Below, in pieces: positions 36,356 to 45,672 of a stretch of 64,000 nt of DNA (positions are counted from its first letter, which is position 1; each line of letters starts with the position of its first letter). Origin of the DNA: a virus (Duplodnaviria; Caudoviricetes). Where the stretch lies: IMG/VR virus record IMGVR_UViG_3300028228_000176, positions 637 through 64,636 of that record, one strand, 5' to 3'. The notes under the pieces are model-generated. The model saw only the letters and a program-made list of their open reading frames with translations, made no database searches and was not told the DNA's origin. The translations under genes and the position numbers were made by a program.

Positions 36356-36374
36356 AATTAATTGTTTTTGTGTA

Positions 36375-37106
36375 CTATAATGTACGGTTTATAAAAAATT
36401 GTTTAGAATTAAAACCTTCTGTCTTGTAAAACATATCGTATATCTCTGTTGCCTTCTTGACTTTATCTGCGCCTCTATCGTAGAACTCCTCTGAGCAGTC
36501 GAATAAGCCTATCTGCTGCGTTCCTTTATCTATAACTACGAATAGCATATCGTATCCAAACATCTTGCGGTATATGTAAGCTTGACTGTCGTAATTATAT
36601 TTCTTAGCAGAAAAGTTAAAACCGTTTATATCGGATGTTGTTTTCAAGTCAACTATAAGTTTCTTGTCGTGATTGATAATATCCGCTTTACCCTTCCACA
36701 TATTACCCTCAAGTCCAACTATATTTGGAACCTCGTATTCTACGTTACCTCCATTAATCAAGTCGCTGCAAGTGTCGTTTTCCAATAGAGTCTTTACGAG
36801 GTCATCAACTTTATCTGCTTCGTGTTTAAGCAAGCACATTTCTTCTCCCGACTCTTCTCGGTAAATTTTAGTGTTACGAGTTGAGGCATCCACCACCTTG
36901 AAGTTTTTTAACTTTTCTGGCTCCAGTATTGCTGTATGAAAGTAACCACCTACAATCATTGCTGAGGTTGGCTCTGTCTTTTCTTTTAGCATCAAAGGAT
37001 TGCTGAATAGCGTACCTATATTTGAATTGCTTAGGTATTGTTGACCAAACTCTCCATAGTAGTCTTCATCAATTTTTAATCTCTCTAGTATTTCTTTCTT
37101 GTCCAT
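36375..37106 (-). CDS. PD-(D/E)xK exonuclease (RecE/DUF3799-like)
   Basis: Motifs FHTAILEP, KGKAD, VDLKTT and YDSQAYIY. Confidence 0.8.
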   Translation of the reverse strand: MDKKEILERLKIDEDYYGEFGQQYLSNSNIGTLFSNPLMLKEKTEPTSAMIVGGYFHTAILEPEKLKNFKVVDASTRNTKIYREESGEEMCLLKHEADKVDDLVKTLLENDTCSDLINGGNVEYEVPNIVGLEGNMWKGKADIINHDKKLIVDLKTTSDINGFNFSAKKYNYDSQAYIYRKMFGYDMLFVVIDKGTQQIGLFDCSEEFYDRGADKVKKATEIYDMFYKTEGFNSKQFFINRTL

Positions 37107-37109
37107 ATC

Positions 37110-37649
37110 TTAAAGTGTTGTTAATTTAGTTTCTACGTCTTTCGTTAAGGTATACTTTCCTTTGATGTCATCAATACTACCACCTTTTTTAATATACTCT
37201 TTAGCTTTGTTGAAGCTATCGCTATCTGACACTAAGGCTTTCTTAGGGGTTGATTTGTCGTGGGTGTTACTTGCGTCGCTGTCTGCTGTGTCGTCTATTA
37301 AAAATAGATTCCCAAGAGCATACTTCTTACCGTAACTTGAAGAGGAACCAAACTTCTGTGGCATCTGCATACCCTTTTGCTCAAGGTCAACGCCAACTAT
37401 ACTATTTGCGTGTATAGCATTCTCTCCATCTGAGATAGTGGCAGTCATTTCCATAATAGGGAATGGCTCTGTACTTAATAGCTTCTCTTTCACTGTAACT
37501 GTTACTCCTAATTCAATGAGGAAAGGCTTGGTAGCTTCTAGGATATCTTCTGCACTACGGAAGTAGTACTTACCGAAGGCGTTGAACCTACTCTTTTTTG
37601 ATTTGAATTGTGTCTGGATTATTGCCAGCTTGTCGTTAATTGTTTTCAT
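37110..37649 (-). CDS. ERF-family single-strand annealing protein
   Basis: Motifs FGKYYFRSAEDIL and GSSSSYGKKYALGNLFLIDD. Confidence 0.85.
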   Translation of the reverse strand: MKTINDKLAIIQTQFKSKKSRFNAFGKYYFRSAEDILEATKPFLIELGVTVTVKEKLLSTEPFPIMEMTATISDGENAIHANSIVGVDLEQKGMQMPQKFGSSSSYGKKYALGNLFLIDDTADSDASNTHDKSTPKKALVSDSDSFNKAKEYIKKGGSIDDIKGKYTLTKDVETKLTTL

Positions 37650-37662
37650 AGTGTTTATTTAT

Positions 37663-37693
37663 TTGTCACAAATATAGGTTTAATTTGTGACAA
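37663..37693 (-). promoter_or_regulatory. Promoter -7 box (TATATTTG on the - strand) inside an 11-bp inverted repeat
   Basis: ttgtcacaaat-N9-atttgtgacaa; matches the Bacteroidota TAnnTTTG consensus upstream of erf. Confidence 0.5.
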
Positions 37694-37717
37694 TTGTTGT
37701 TTAAAATAATAAATTAA

Positions 37718-37775
37718 TGGTTCAATTTTTTGAATGTTTCTTATAACATTGTTAGGTTTAATATTTTAAAAAAGC
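37718..37775 (+). other. attI-like recombination site, copy 1 (apparently empty)
   Basis: TGGTTCAATTTTTTGAATGTTTCTTATAAC-att-GTTAGGT; the 30 bp are identical to 41983-42012. Confidence 0.65.
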
Positions 37776-37796
37776 CCACCACTGTTATGTGCTTAC

Positions 37797-38766
37797 TCAT
37801 TCTCCACAATCTGAAAAAACTTCACAACTCTCTGTTTCGTCAAAAAGAGATTCTTGAAAATTAGTATCAATACTATCGTCTTTAACTATTTTATCAAACC
37901 CTTTACTCATTTCAATCATTTCTTTTACACTTACAAAGTTCCTAAAAAACACATTTTTATATTCTTCTGTTGGTACTTTTTCCATTTCATATCCTGTAAT
38001 AGTTTCTCCAAATTCATCTTTATATTCGTAATAAACTTTTTCAGGAACTCTACCATTAGGATTTCCGTATTTATTTTCAAGGTAATCTAAAAATTCAAAA
38101 TAATTAATATCATCTTTTACCATTTGCATCAACTTATTGTTACTCTTCTTATAACAAGCACCACAATTACCCTGATACCCTTTTAAAATCAATCTAAATT
38201 TTTGTTGATCCCAACCTAAAAATTTATATGCTTTTTTTGTCATTGGTTGCATATTTTTTTGAATTAAAGGGTAAACTAATCTTAATTCGTCTTTTTTTAG
38301 CGTTCATCCTATCTATTTCGTCAATTCTAATACCTAATGCTAAATAATATTTTTCCTTACCCCAAATACTTTTTGCATAGTTTTTAATAGGATTCATTTT
38401 TAATTCCCTTGTACAATGTAAACGAGAATGATTTGGTATTCCATACTTCTTTACAACTTCTTCAAAAGGTGTATCTGTTGTATTTTTCCAATCTGTATTT
38501 CTTGTAGCAGAATTATAATCAACTATTTTAAAACCTGTACTTTTTCTTTGATTATGGTAAACTTTGGCTTCAATCCATTTAATGTCCAACCCAAATTCTT
38601 TTTCGCATTTATGTACAAACTCTAAAGTTTCGTTACTTTCAACACCTGTGTTAGCAAAAACAAAAAGCATCTCATATTCGTTTTGCATTTTTTTATTTAA
38701 CCAATTCCCCATAAAAGCAGAAGTTTCTCCTCCGCTAAATGTAACTAATAATTTTTTCTTACTCAT
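37797..38766 (-). CDS. PAPS-reductase-family (PP-loop) protein, frameshifted into two ORFs
   Basis: Motifs FSGGETS, FANTG, CTRELK, LGIRIDE and GNCGAC. Confidence 0.75.
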
Positions 38767-38780
38767 ATCTTATATCTTTG

Positions 38781-38820
38781 TTCGTGCCTCACAACGCTGT
38801 TTATAGCCAAACCATTAGCT
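38781..38820 (+). repeat. Right half of a decayed attC-like site
   Basis: ttcgtgcctca...atagccaaaccATTAG resembles 46899-46936 (ttcgttcctca...atagccaaaccGTTAG). Confidence 0.5.
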
Positions 38821-38846
38821 ACAATGGGGCGAACCCGCATTTTTAT

Positions 38847-39602
38847 TTACAAATAATCTAATACTTGGTTGCTGTCTACATTTTCTACTAATGTATCTAC
38901 TGCTTGTTTCTTCAACTCCGAAACTCTAACGTGCCTACTCACACCTTGTATATCCATTATATCGGCTATCTGCAAGGCTGAGTGTTTATCACAATCCAAT
39001 CCATAAGACAACCTCAAGACTTCATACTCTCTATTATCAAGGTGCTTACTCATTAACCCTTTTAAATAAGCGTTAAGGAAAGCTATGTTATAAGGCTCAG
39101 AGTTGTCAATAATCTGCTGATACATTGTTTCTCCATCTTCATCTTGAGCTACATTATCGAGAGACAAGAATATAGAATTAAAAAACAACTGCACCATTTT
39201 TTTGTCATCAGGATTCTTTCGCATCTTATTTCGTTTCTCTTCAGGTATTCTCATAGAGCCACTATTCATATCAATCCTTCGTCTAATAGCACCCTTGATT
39301 CTTTTACTAAGAAAAGATTTTAAAGTTTTGTCGATGTCTTCTGACTCATATAATCTAACAAAGTCTACTCTATCTACTGCTCTAACTAAAGCCTCAGCAC
39401 CTATCTGTATGAGGTCGTTGATTGTTAGTATCCCAATAGCTTGTTCTGAACTTGCAAACTTCCTGGATAAGTTCTCCACTAACGGGAGGAATCTAACTAT
39501 TAATTCATCCCTACTATATTCAGCGTATGGCTTATCTTCTGGCATAGATGATTTAACATCATTCTTATACCGAACGTAACTCTCTACATTATACTTTTTC
39601 AT
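38847..39602 (-). CDS. Sigma70-family RNA polymerase sigma factor
   Basis: Region 2 (DLIQIGAEALVRAVD, RIKGAI) and region 4 (LDNREYEVLRLSYGL..IAD..VSELK). Confidence 0.8.
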   Translation of the reverse strand: MKKYNVESYVRYKNDVKSSMPEDKPYAEYSRDELIVRFLPLVENLSRKFASSEQAIGILTINDLIQIGAEALVRAVDRVDFVRLYESEDIDKTLKSFLSKRIKGAIRRRIDMNSGSMRIPEEKRNKMRKNPDDKKMVQLFFNSIFLSLDNVAQDEDGETMYQQIIDNSEPYNIAFLNAYLKGLMSKHLDNREYEVLRLSYGLDCDKHSALQIADIMDIQGVSRHVRVSELKKQAVDTLVENVDSNQVLDYL

Positions 39603-39629
39603 ATTTCATTGGTTAAATTACCAATGTGT

Positions 39630-40250
39630 TCATATTACATCATTGAGAGTGTCAATCTCATTCTTCAATTCATCTCCGATATTCCTTGCAATAGTTTTTC
39701 TGTTGCAAGATAGCATCGTGGCTATTCTCGTAATCGTTATCTTTTCATTCCCTTCGTTAATAGACAACATACAATCGTATATGTTATCTTTTGTTACCAC
39801 TGTACTTCTACCTATCACCGAGCCAACTATCCTTAGTTTTTCTACTTTAGTAAGGCCACACATTGGCTTAAATATTACTTTCCTAGACTTGTTTGGCGGC
39901 TGAGTTGTCATCTCTCGGTTCCCGATGTCTTCAATTGTAAACTCTATTAACGAACTTCTTAGGGCAAAGGTAGTAAAACCATTTGACTTATTACAGATAA
40001 ACTTTGCAATTGTATCAAATTTTTCTTGACCCATATTTTTATTTAAGTATCTAAGGACAAACAAGTGCCATCTAAGAGACTTTAGTGTATTGATTTTATT
40101 AGGGGTTGCAAATAGCTGGAAGCATTGCATCGTACCATCTTTATAGTACCATCCCCATTCATAAGATTGTGTCGGCTCATCTGTTGTTGGCAAGCTCCTA
40201 TATATAACTTGCCTTTTGTGCAAGTATTCTATTTTTCTTTCGTGCGACAT
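39630..40250 (-). CDS. DNA-binding protein with a C-terminal HTH (possible replication initiator or regulator); probable start MSHERK
   Basis: ITITRIATMLSCNRKTIARN helix-turn-helix. Confidence 0.55.
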   Translation of the reverse strand: MSHERKIEYLHKRQVIYRSLPTTDEPTQSYEWGWYYKDGTMQCFQLFATPNKINTLKSLRWHLFVLRYLNKNMGQEKFDTIAKFICNKSNGFTTFALRSSLIEFTIEDIGNREMTTQPPNKSRKVIFKPMCGLTKVEKLRIVGSVIGRSTVVTKDNIYDCMLSINEGNEKITITRIATMLSCNRKTIARNIGDELKNEIDTLNDVI

Positions 40251-40289
40251 TAGCTTGTTAATTAATATACTTAATAGCCTAATGTCACA
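40242..40289. promoter_or_regulatory. Dyad element, copy 1 (GTGCGACATTAG-N25-CTAATGTCAC)
   Basis: Also found at 48723 (inverted) and at 52468. Confidence 0.65.
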
Positions 40290-40432
40290 TCCGCAACAAG
40301 TGAAGCCGTTTGCTATATTTTTTAAATAAAAAAATGTTTGTTTCATTTACATTTAAATCAAGGGCATCGTTAAGTATGTTGTACTTCAAAAAGTATATCA
40401 TACTAGCGGTGTACCTTATGTGCCTTATAACT

Positions 40433-41039
40433 CTAAAAGTCTTCATCTATTCTACGTTTTAGTTCTTCAATAGTTTTCTTTAATGTGTCAGCCACTTCGT
40501 AATGCTCCAAGTCTTCTTGATGAAACAATTCCTTTTGCAAGTCTTTTATTTTCTGCAAGTAAATCTCTTTTTGAGATGGCTTCTCTGTTTCTTCTATTTC
40601 TTCTGGATGGAATACCACTTGTATCATATCCTCTTTTTCATGCTCTGACATTTGCTTAATAAAGGCATCGTCAATTTCCTGCTGTCTAAATAATAGTCTT
40701 TCCACTATCGACTCTAATAGTCTTCCCGCTATCATCTCTGTTAGCACTTCCATTTCTTTTTTTGTCATAGTTTTATTTATTAAAATTAGCATCTATTATT
40801 CTATGCAACTTGCCCGTCAGCTCTCTACTTCTCCTTAATGTTGGGTGCTTTAACGGATACCCTTCTCTATCTAGCAACAGGTCGTGTAATGCTTCTATTG
40901 TGGCTATATCTGAATCCAATATTGTAATATCGTCCAACCTCTCCGTTAAGTTCCTTCTACGTTCTGCATCACTGTGGCTACATACTATCTTTTTAAACGT
41001 ATATCGGTCTATTCTTTGTATAAATTCCAGTGCTGTCAT
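40433..41039 (-). CDS. Two hypothetical proteins (40433 to about 40768, and 40773-41039)
   Basis: Tandem - ORFs. The first has a UvrB/C-like coiled motif (EHYEVADTLKK). Confidence 0.5.
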
Positions 41040-41076
41040 ATCTTTAGTGCTTTGTTATTATTTAATTGTAATCTTT

Positions 41077-41730
41077 TTATTTTCTTATTGATACATAAGC
41101 TGCATCTATTAAATTCATTAGTGAACTCTTAAAAGCTATTGACGAAGACTTACCTCCAATACTCCATACATTCAACTCGCTAATAGTATACTCCCTATCG
41201 TAAGTTTTCCAATCGTATATCGTGTAGTAATAATCCCCAAATCTTACAATCCATTCAACGCTACTCTTCTCTCCTTCCTCAAACGTCTGCGTGGGCTGTC
41301 CTAGCGCCTCTACTAACTCAAAATACTTAACACCTCTTAGTGTATCAACCTTGCTGCTACCCTTCCACATATCGCTTGTAATTTCGTCCTGTAATATAGT
41401 CTTTATATTGAAAATATAATTATTGATATTACATAGCTCAGGGTTCGTTTCTACAATGGTTTCAATATCGTGTCTCATCTCTCTATCTGTCTCACACAAG
41501 TCTTTCATTTTTGAAATGTTATTTATCACTGAAGAATGGTTCCTACTAAGGTAAACACCCATCATTTTTAATGTTGACCTTGTGTATGTTCTTGCTAAGG
41601 TACAAAACATTTGCCTGGCTGTAACTAATTCTCTACTTCTGTTTGGCGATAGTACTTCGTTTTTATTAAGACCGTAGTATTTACATACTATTGTCATTAT
41701 GCTGTCTAATGATTCTAATTCTCTACTCAT
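41077..41730 (-). CDS. Protein with a DnaA C-terminal HTH-like domain fused to an unknown domain
   Basis: SRELVTARQMFCTLAR...LSRNHSSVI resembles DnaA domain IV. Confidence 0.65.
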   Translation of the reverse strand: MSRELESLDSIMTIVCKYYGLNKNEVLSPNRSRELVTARQMFCTLARTYTRSTLKMMGVYLSRNHSSVINNISKMKDLCETDREMRHDIETIVETNPELCNINNYIFNIKTILQDEITSDMWKGSSKVDTLRGVKYFELVEALGQPTQTFEEGEKSSVEWIVRFGDYYYTIYDWKTYDREYTISELNVWSIGGKSSSIAFKSSLMNLIDAAYVSIRK

Positions 41731-41745
41731 AATTTTGTTTTTATT

Positions 41746-41982
41746 TTAAAAAGGTAATTTGTTTTTCGTGTATCCATCATAATGAATCTTTATCCCGCAG
41801 AATAGGAAGTGATGCCTATTGTTTTTAGCTCCATTGAAAGATATAGAATGATGCTTTGCATATTTAGATGTTGTTTTTAATTCTAATTCTTGTTCAATTA
41901 AATGAACTAAGTTTTCTAATTCTCTAGGTGTTGGTTTGTGGTTACAAATGTCTATAATCACCGCCTTTATTGATTCTGTCAT
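41746..41982 (-). CDS. Hypothetical protein
   Basis: 78 aa; its ATG abuts the attI-like site. Confidence 0.45.
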   Translation of the reverse strand: MTESIKAVIIDICNHKPTPRELENLVHLIEQELELKTTSKYAKHHSISFNGAKNNRHHFLFCGIKIHYDGYTKNKLPF

Positions 41983-42022
41983 TGGTTCAATTTTTTGAAT
42001 GTTTCTTATAACGTTGTTACAG
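41983..42022 (+). other. attI-like site, copy 2, heading the seven-cassette array
   Basis: 30-bp motif followed by gtt and the core GTTACAG (predicted crossover G^TT at 42016/42017). Confidence 0.7.
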
Positions 42023-42028
42023 GCAATA

Positions 42029-42931
42029 CTACATTAGTCCTCCGAAAATGTGAGCAATTACATTTACAGTCCATCCATTGCCGAGCATCTTATACCTATC
42101 TGTATTTGATACTCCTTCTGTATATTTATCAGGTACGGTTTGTAATCTCTCACATTCAACAACTGTAAGTCTATGTATATTTTCATCTCTGTCTTTTGTG
42201 AAAGTAGATTTTTGTCCTTTGTGCATATTTGAAGTTAAGCAACTTGCTTTTCCATCAGCATACCACAACTGTTCTAATCTTGTTTTATTTCCAAATTTAC
42301 CAAGCAACCAGTTTGGGTAATTATTATGAAACATAGGTGTTTGTAAAATATCATATACTACTGTTTTATTCTCTTTTGGTAATTCATTTAAAGGAATATT
42401 AGTCCAATAAATTCTCGGTCTGTTGTGTGCTGAAAATAGATTTGAGTTTATTCGTATTGGCTCAACTCCCAACGCTTCTGTAATAATATCTTCCCACTCT
42501 TTTTTCATTACTACATTTTCAAGTAAAAAGTATCTTGGTTTTACTTCATTCAGAACTCTTACAAATTCCCAAAACAAACCACTTTTACCATCAAATCCTT
42601 TCCCATTTCCAAAAGAACTAAAACTTTGGCAAGGACTACCACCGAAAAGCAAATCTATTTTTGGCAAATCACTACCTTTTAATTCCGTAACGTTTCCAAT
42701 TTGTTTTGTGTTTGGAAAGTTTTTTTGTGTTATAAAAATTGCTTTCTCATCAATCTCCGAAGCAAAGTAGTTATTCACCTTTAACCCTGCTTTCTGCAAA
42801 GCTAATTGTCCACAACTCATCCCATCAAAAAGGGATAGTGCGTTAATCCCGTACTGCCTGTAACACGTGCTATAATCAATAGCGGATTCTGTACTATCCG
42901 AAAGTTTCTGCTGTTTATTATCTTTTGTCAT
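42029..42931 (-). CDS. Cassette 1: C5-cytosine DNA methyltransferase (probable start MTKDNK, inside the attC)
   Basis: Motifs LSLFDGMSCG, GGSPCQ, ENV and YKMLGNGW. Confidence 0.85.
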   Translation of the reverse strand: MTKDNKQQKLSDSTESAIDYSTCYRQYGINALSLFDGMSCGQLALQKAGLKVNNYFASEIDEKAIFITQKNFPNTKQIGNVTELKGSDLPKIDLLFGGSPCQSFSSFGNGKGFDGKSGLFWEFVRVLNEVKPRYFLLENVVMKKEWEDIITEALGVEPIRINSNLFSAHNRPRIYWTNIPLNELPKENKTVVYDILQTPMFHNNYPNWLLGKFGNKTRLEQLWYADGKASCLTSNMHKGQKSTFTKDRDENIHRLTVVECERLQTVPDKYTEGVSNTDRYKMLGNGWTVNVIAHIFGGLM

Positions 42932-42986
42932 AAATTTAAAGTTTTGTGTTATTAATCCGCTACTACTCATAGCACCATCGTTAGCG
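42858..42986 (+). repeat. attC-like site 1
   Basis: CTGTAAC-ac-GTGCTAT..TAGCGGATT ... AATCCGCTA..ATAGCAC-catc-GTTAGCG. Confidence 0.8.
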
Positions 42987-43316
42987 GTTATTAAGGTAGT
43001 CCCATAATTTACCACTATCAGAAAAATCAATATTCTTTCCTTTATCTGTAATCATTCCATCTTTATATTTTACTCCAAAATCCAATTCAAAACAAAAATA
43101 TTCAATCCAACTTTGACCGTGTTCGCAAAGTTCTAAGTCATTATTCTCAACTTGTAAAACTTTCATCAAAGCGTTATTTATAAGATGATTTTCGGGTAAT
43201 AAATTTGCTTCAAAAGCATTTGTAAATACTTCCGATAATTTTTTAGCAAATTCATTATCATATTCATATTGTTTTCTTAATGCTTCAATGCTTTCAATAA
43301 ATAATTCTCGTGTCAT
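42981..43316 (-). CDS. Cassette 2: hypothetical protein
   Basis: 111 aa; the TAA stop lies within the core GTTA. Confidence 0.7.
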   Translation of the reverse strand: MTRELFIESIEALRKQYEYDNEFAKKLSEVFTNAFEANLLPENHLINNALMKVLQVENNDLELCEHGQSWIEYFCFELDFGVKYKDGMITDKGKNIDFSDSGKLWDYLNNR

Positions 43317-43334
43317 AATTTTTAATTAAACAAC

Positions 43335-43430
43335 CGCTAACACACGGTATAGTTAAAAAGCCTATTAAAATTTGTATTTGAATTGCAAGGTAGTGGTTAG
43401 GCTTTCAAACCATACCGCAATTCGTTAGGT
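43335..43430 (+). repeat. attC-like site 2
   Basis: CGCTAAC-aca-CGGTAT..AAAGCCTA ... TAGGCTTT..ATACCG-caattc-GTTAGGT. Confidence 0.8.
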
Positions 43431-43985
43431 GTAATATTCACTAAGGCAAATGCTATTATCAACCTCATTGCCAAAAACCGCCCAGCCTTTTCGATCACGT
43501 CTTGCAAACATTTCCAGTCGGGGTTCTTCGCTTACCGTTTCAATTAAGTCTTGGAAAAATTCAGGCTTTTTGCTATGTCGTTTTTGCCTTTTGTGTTCCC
43601 ACCAAGTACTATCTATCCTTTTTACTTTCGGCATCTTACCACGCCTTGCAAGTATCAAAAACTCGGTCGTAGGGCAGTAAACCCCTCCTTGCCCTGTACC
43701 CATAGGTTTTTTGCACCAAGTTAATGTTTGGCAATACTTCAACCCCCACGCACTTAATACGGCAAAAGCATCAGGTAAATATTTTTGAGTAGTCCATAAG
43801 TAAACCTCACAGTTACCATCACAAAGGCTTTTTACTGGTAGTGCCTTTATATCTTCTACCGTCATCCATTCGTAAGGTAGTGGTGCAGGTTTATTTGCTT
43901 CTCCTTGCACCAAAGCCTTTTTACTTCCGCTACCCCAAATGCCGTATTTCCAAGGCGGGTCTATTACTATCGTTTTATATTTCAT
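43425..43985 (-). CDS. Cassette 3: MT-A70-family adenine methyltransferase
   Basis: Motifs IDPPW, YLWTT, HSKKP and LEMFAR..GW..FGNE. Confidence 0.85.
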   Translation of the reverse strand: MKYKTIVIDPPWKYGIWGSGSKKALVQGEANKPAPLPYEWMTVEDIKALPVKSLCDGNCEVYLWTTQKYLPDAFAVLSAWGLKYCQTLTWCKKPMGTGQGGVYCPTTEFLILARRGKMPKVKRIDSTWWEHKRQKRHSKKPEFFQDLIETVSEEPRLEMFARRDRKGWAVFGNEVDNSICLSEYYT

Positions 43986-44014
43986 CTTTCGTTATTTTAA
44001 TCCGTTCATACTAC

Positions 44015-44069
44015 ACCTAACACTGTATAAAAGCCATAGAAAAAACGGCTCATATACTAAACGTTAGTA
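44015..44069 (+). repeat. attC-like site 3
   Basis: ACCTAAC-act-GTATAaaAGCC..GGCTcaTATAC-taaac-GTTAGTA. Confidence 0.8.
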
Positions 44070-44817
44070 ACAATTATTTTTTTGCCCCACTCTTGCGTGA
44101 CCAATCTCTACGGCTTTTTCTGATATGTCGCAACCTATAAAATTTCTATTTAAGTCTTTGCAAACTTCTGCCGTTGTAAAAGAGCCACCGTAAAAATCAG
44201 CTACTAAATCACCTTTATTACTACTTGCTTTTATTATTCGTTCAAGTAGTGTTTTTGGCTTTTGTGTTGCGTATCCTGTATAGTCTTTGTGTTGTGAACT
44301 TAACATAGGTTTTAAATCATCCCACCAATCAATAGGTAAAGATTTGTCGTAATTATAAGTAACTCCGTTTAATACTTTTTATAAGAACCTCCGTTTTTGT
44401 TATCAATATAAAGCTCATCTAAATTAAATTTATACTCTTTAGTTTTAGAGTACCAAAATATATTGTCGTGCTTATTGCTAATACTTTTTTGCTTTTACCT
44501 CCGCTTCTGTAACACCAAATTATTTCATTCAAAATCTATCATAACCAAATACATCATCCAAAATACACCTTACCCAGTGGCTTATCTTTGTGTCCATTTG
44601 TAAATATATACTTCCAGTATCTTTTAAAATACGGTGCATTTCTTTTATTCTTGGTATGTAGTGTTCTTCTATTATTTCTCGTTTAGGTTTTAAAATCTTG
44701 GTAGTCTTTGAATTTTCTACCTGTTCCATAAAGTATATCGCAGTAAATTAAATCTACTGTACTATCTTTTATTTCTGCCATTAACTCTAAATTATCACTT
44801 AATCTTATATCAATCAT
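44064..44817 (-). CDS. Cassette 4: beta-class N6A/N4C DNA methyltransferase (frameshifted)
   Basis: Motifs VDLIYCDILY, LKDTGSIY, YATQKP and VADFYGGSFTT; the stop lies in the core GTTA. Confidence 0.75.
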
Positions 44818-44876
44818 CTTTATAAATATTTTAATTCGTACCTCATTAATTTGCCAACGCTCTGAAAAATAACAGT

Positions 44877-44932
44877 AACTAACAATGTATAAAAGCCATA
44901 GAAAAAACGGCTCTTATACCCAACCGTTAGCC
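44877..44932 (+). repeat. attC-like site 4 (interior nearly identical to site 3)
   Basis: AACTAAC-aat-GTATAAAAGCCATAGAAAAAACGGCTCTTATAC-ccaacc-GTTAGCC. Confidence 0.8.
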
Positions 44933-45571
44933 ACAAGCTGCTACATTATCGCTTTTAATGAAGTTTCCCCATTGTTCAGCCATAGCTTTTGCAATTCCGC
45001 TAAAAGTTTTACTGCTTTCCTTTTGGCTTATGTTCTTAAATTGATATTTCTGCCCTCGTTTTTTGCCCCCTGTATTACTTGGTAAGTACGGCTTATATTC
45101 GCTTACTATTTTGGTTGGGCTTAATAGTGGTAAATTTTTAATCCACAGCAGAGTTCTTTTACTATAAGGGTGTCCGTATTCATAAGGTTGCACCGCTTGG
45201 CTTTGTTTAGGCAATCCAACTACTTTTAACGATGTTGGGTTCTCAACAGCAATATAAGGTATAGGAGCGTTCAATAATTTCATAAACAAATCCTTCGCTT
45301 CCATTGCTTTATTAAATCTTTCTTGGCTTAAATTTCCTGCTGTTGGGTACATCCATCTTGCACCAGCTCTACTAATATAAGTGCAAGGTGGGTGCGCTAT
45401 CATAAGGTCATATTTACCACTATACGCTTCTACAACTGCATCACCTACAATATGCCATTCAGGTTTACCACGACTACATTCTTGCATATCGCAACTATAA
45501 GCCTCAAATCCTATTTCTCGGAAAGCCTTACAAACTTCTTGGCTCTCCTCACAAGCTATTAATATTTTCAT
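44927..45571 (-). CDS. Cassette 5: short cytosine-methyltransferase-like protein
   Basis: Motifs ILIACEES, AHPPCT, VENP, KRTLLW and GIAKAMAEQW; the stop lies in the core GTTA. Confidence 0.7.
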   Translation of the reverse strand: MKILIACEESQEVCKAFREIGFEAYSCDMQECSRGKPEWHIVGDAVVEAYSGKYDLMIAHPPCTYISRAGARWMYPTAGNLSQERFNKAMEAKDLFMKLLNAPIPYIAVENPTSLKVVGLPKQSQAVQPYEYGHPYSKRTLLWIKNLPLLSPTKIVSEYKPYLPSNTGGKKRGQKYQFKNISQKESSKTFSGIAKAMAEQWGNFIKSDNVAACG

Positions 45572-45609
45572 TCTATTTAATTTTAGTTCTTAATTTACCA
45601 CAGCCAGAT

Positions 45610-45672
45610 GGCTAACACGGTATATAAAACAGCTTCCTATCGTCAGCCGATTTCATATACAAACCGTTAGGC
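45610..45672 (+). repeat. attC-like site 5
   Basis: GGCTAAC-acg-GTATATAAAA ... TTTCATATAC-aaacc-GTTAGGC. Confidence 0.8.

Noticed and set aside
37736-37762. dif/XerCD site (gtttcttataa-cattg-ttaggtttaat)
   Set aside because: The spacer is 5 bp rather than 6, and the right arm is not conserved in the other two copies. attI-like fits better, though Xer involvement is not excluded.
42932-43030. ORF-track N-terminal extension of the cassette 1 methyltransferase (also 46847-46894 and 40251-40346 for their genes)
   Set aside because: These extensions overlap neighbouring genes or att/dyad sites; downstream ATGs with AT-rich leaders are more plausible.
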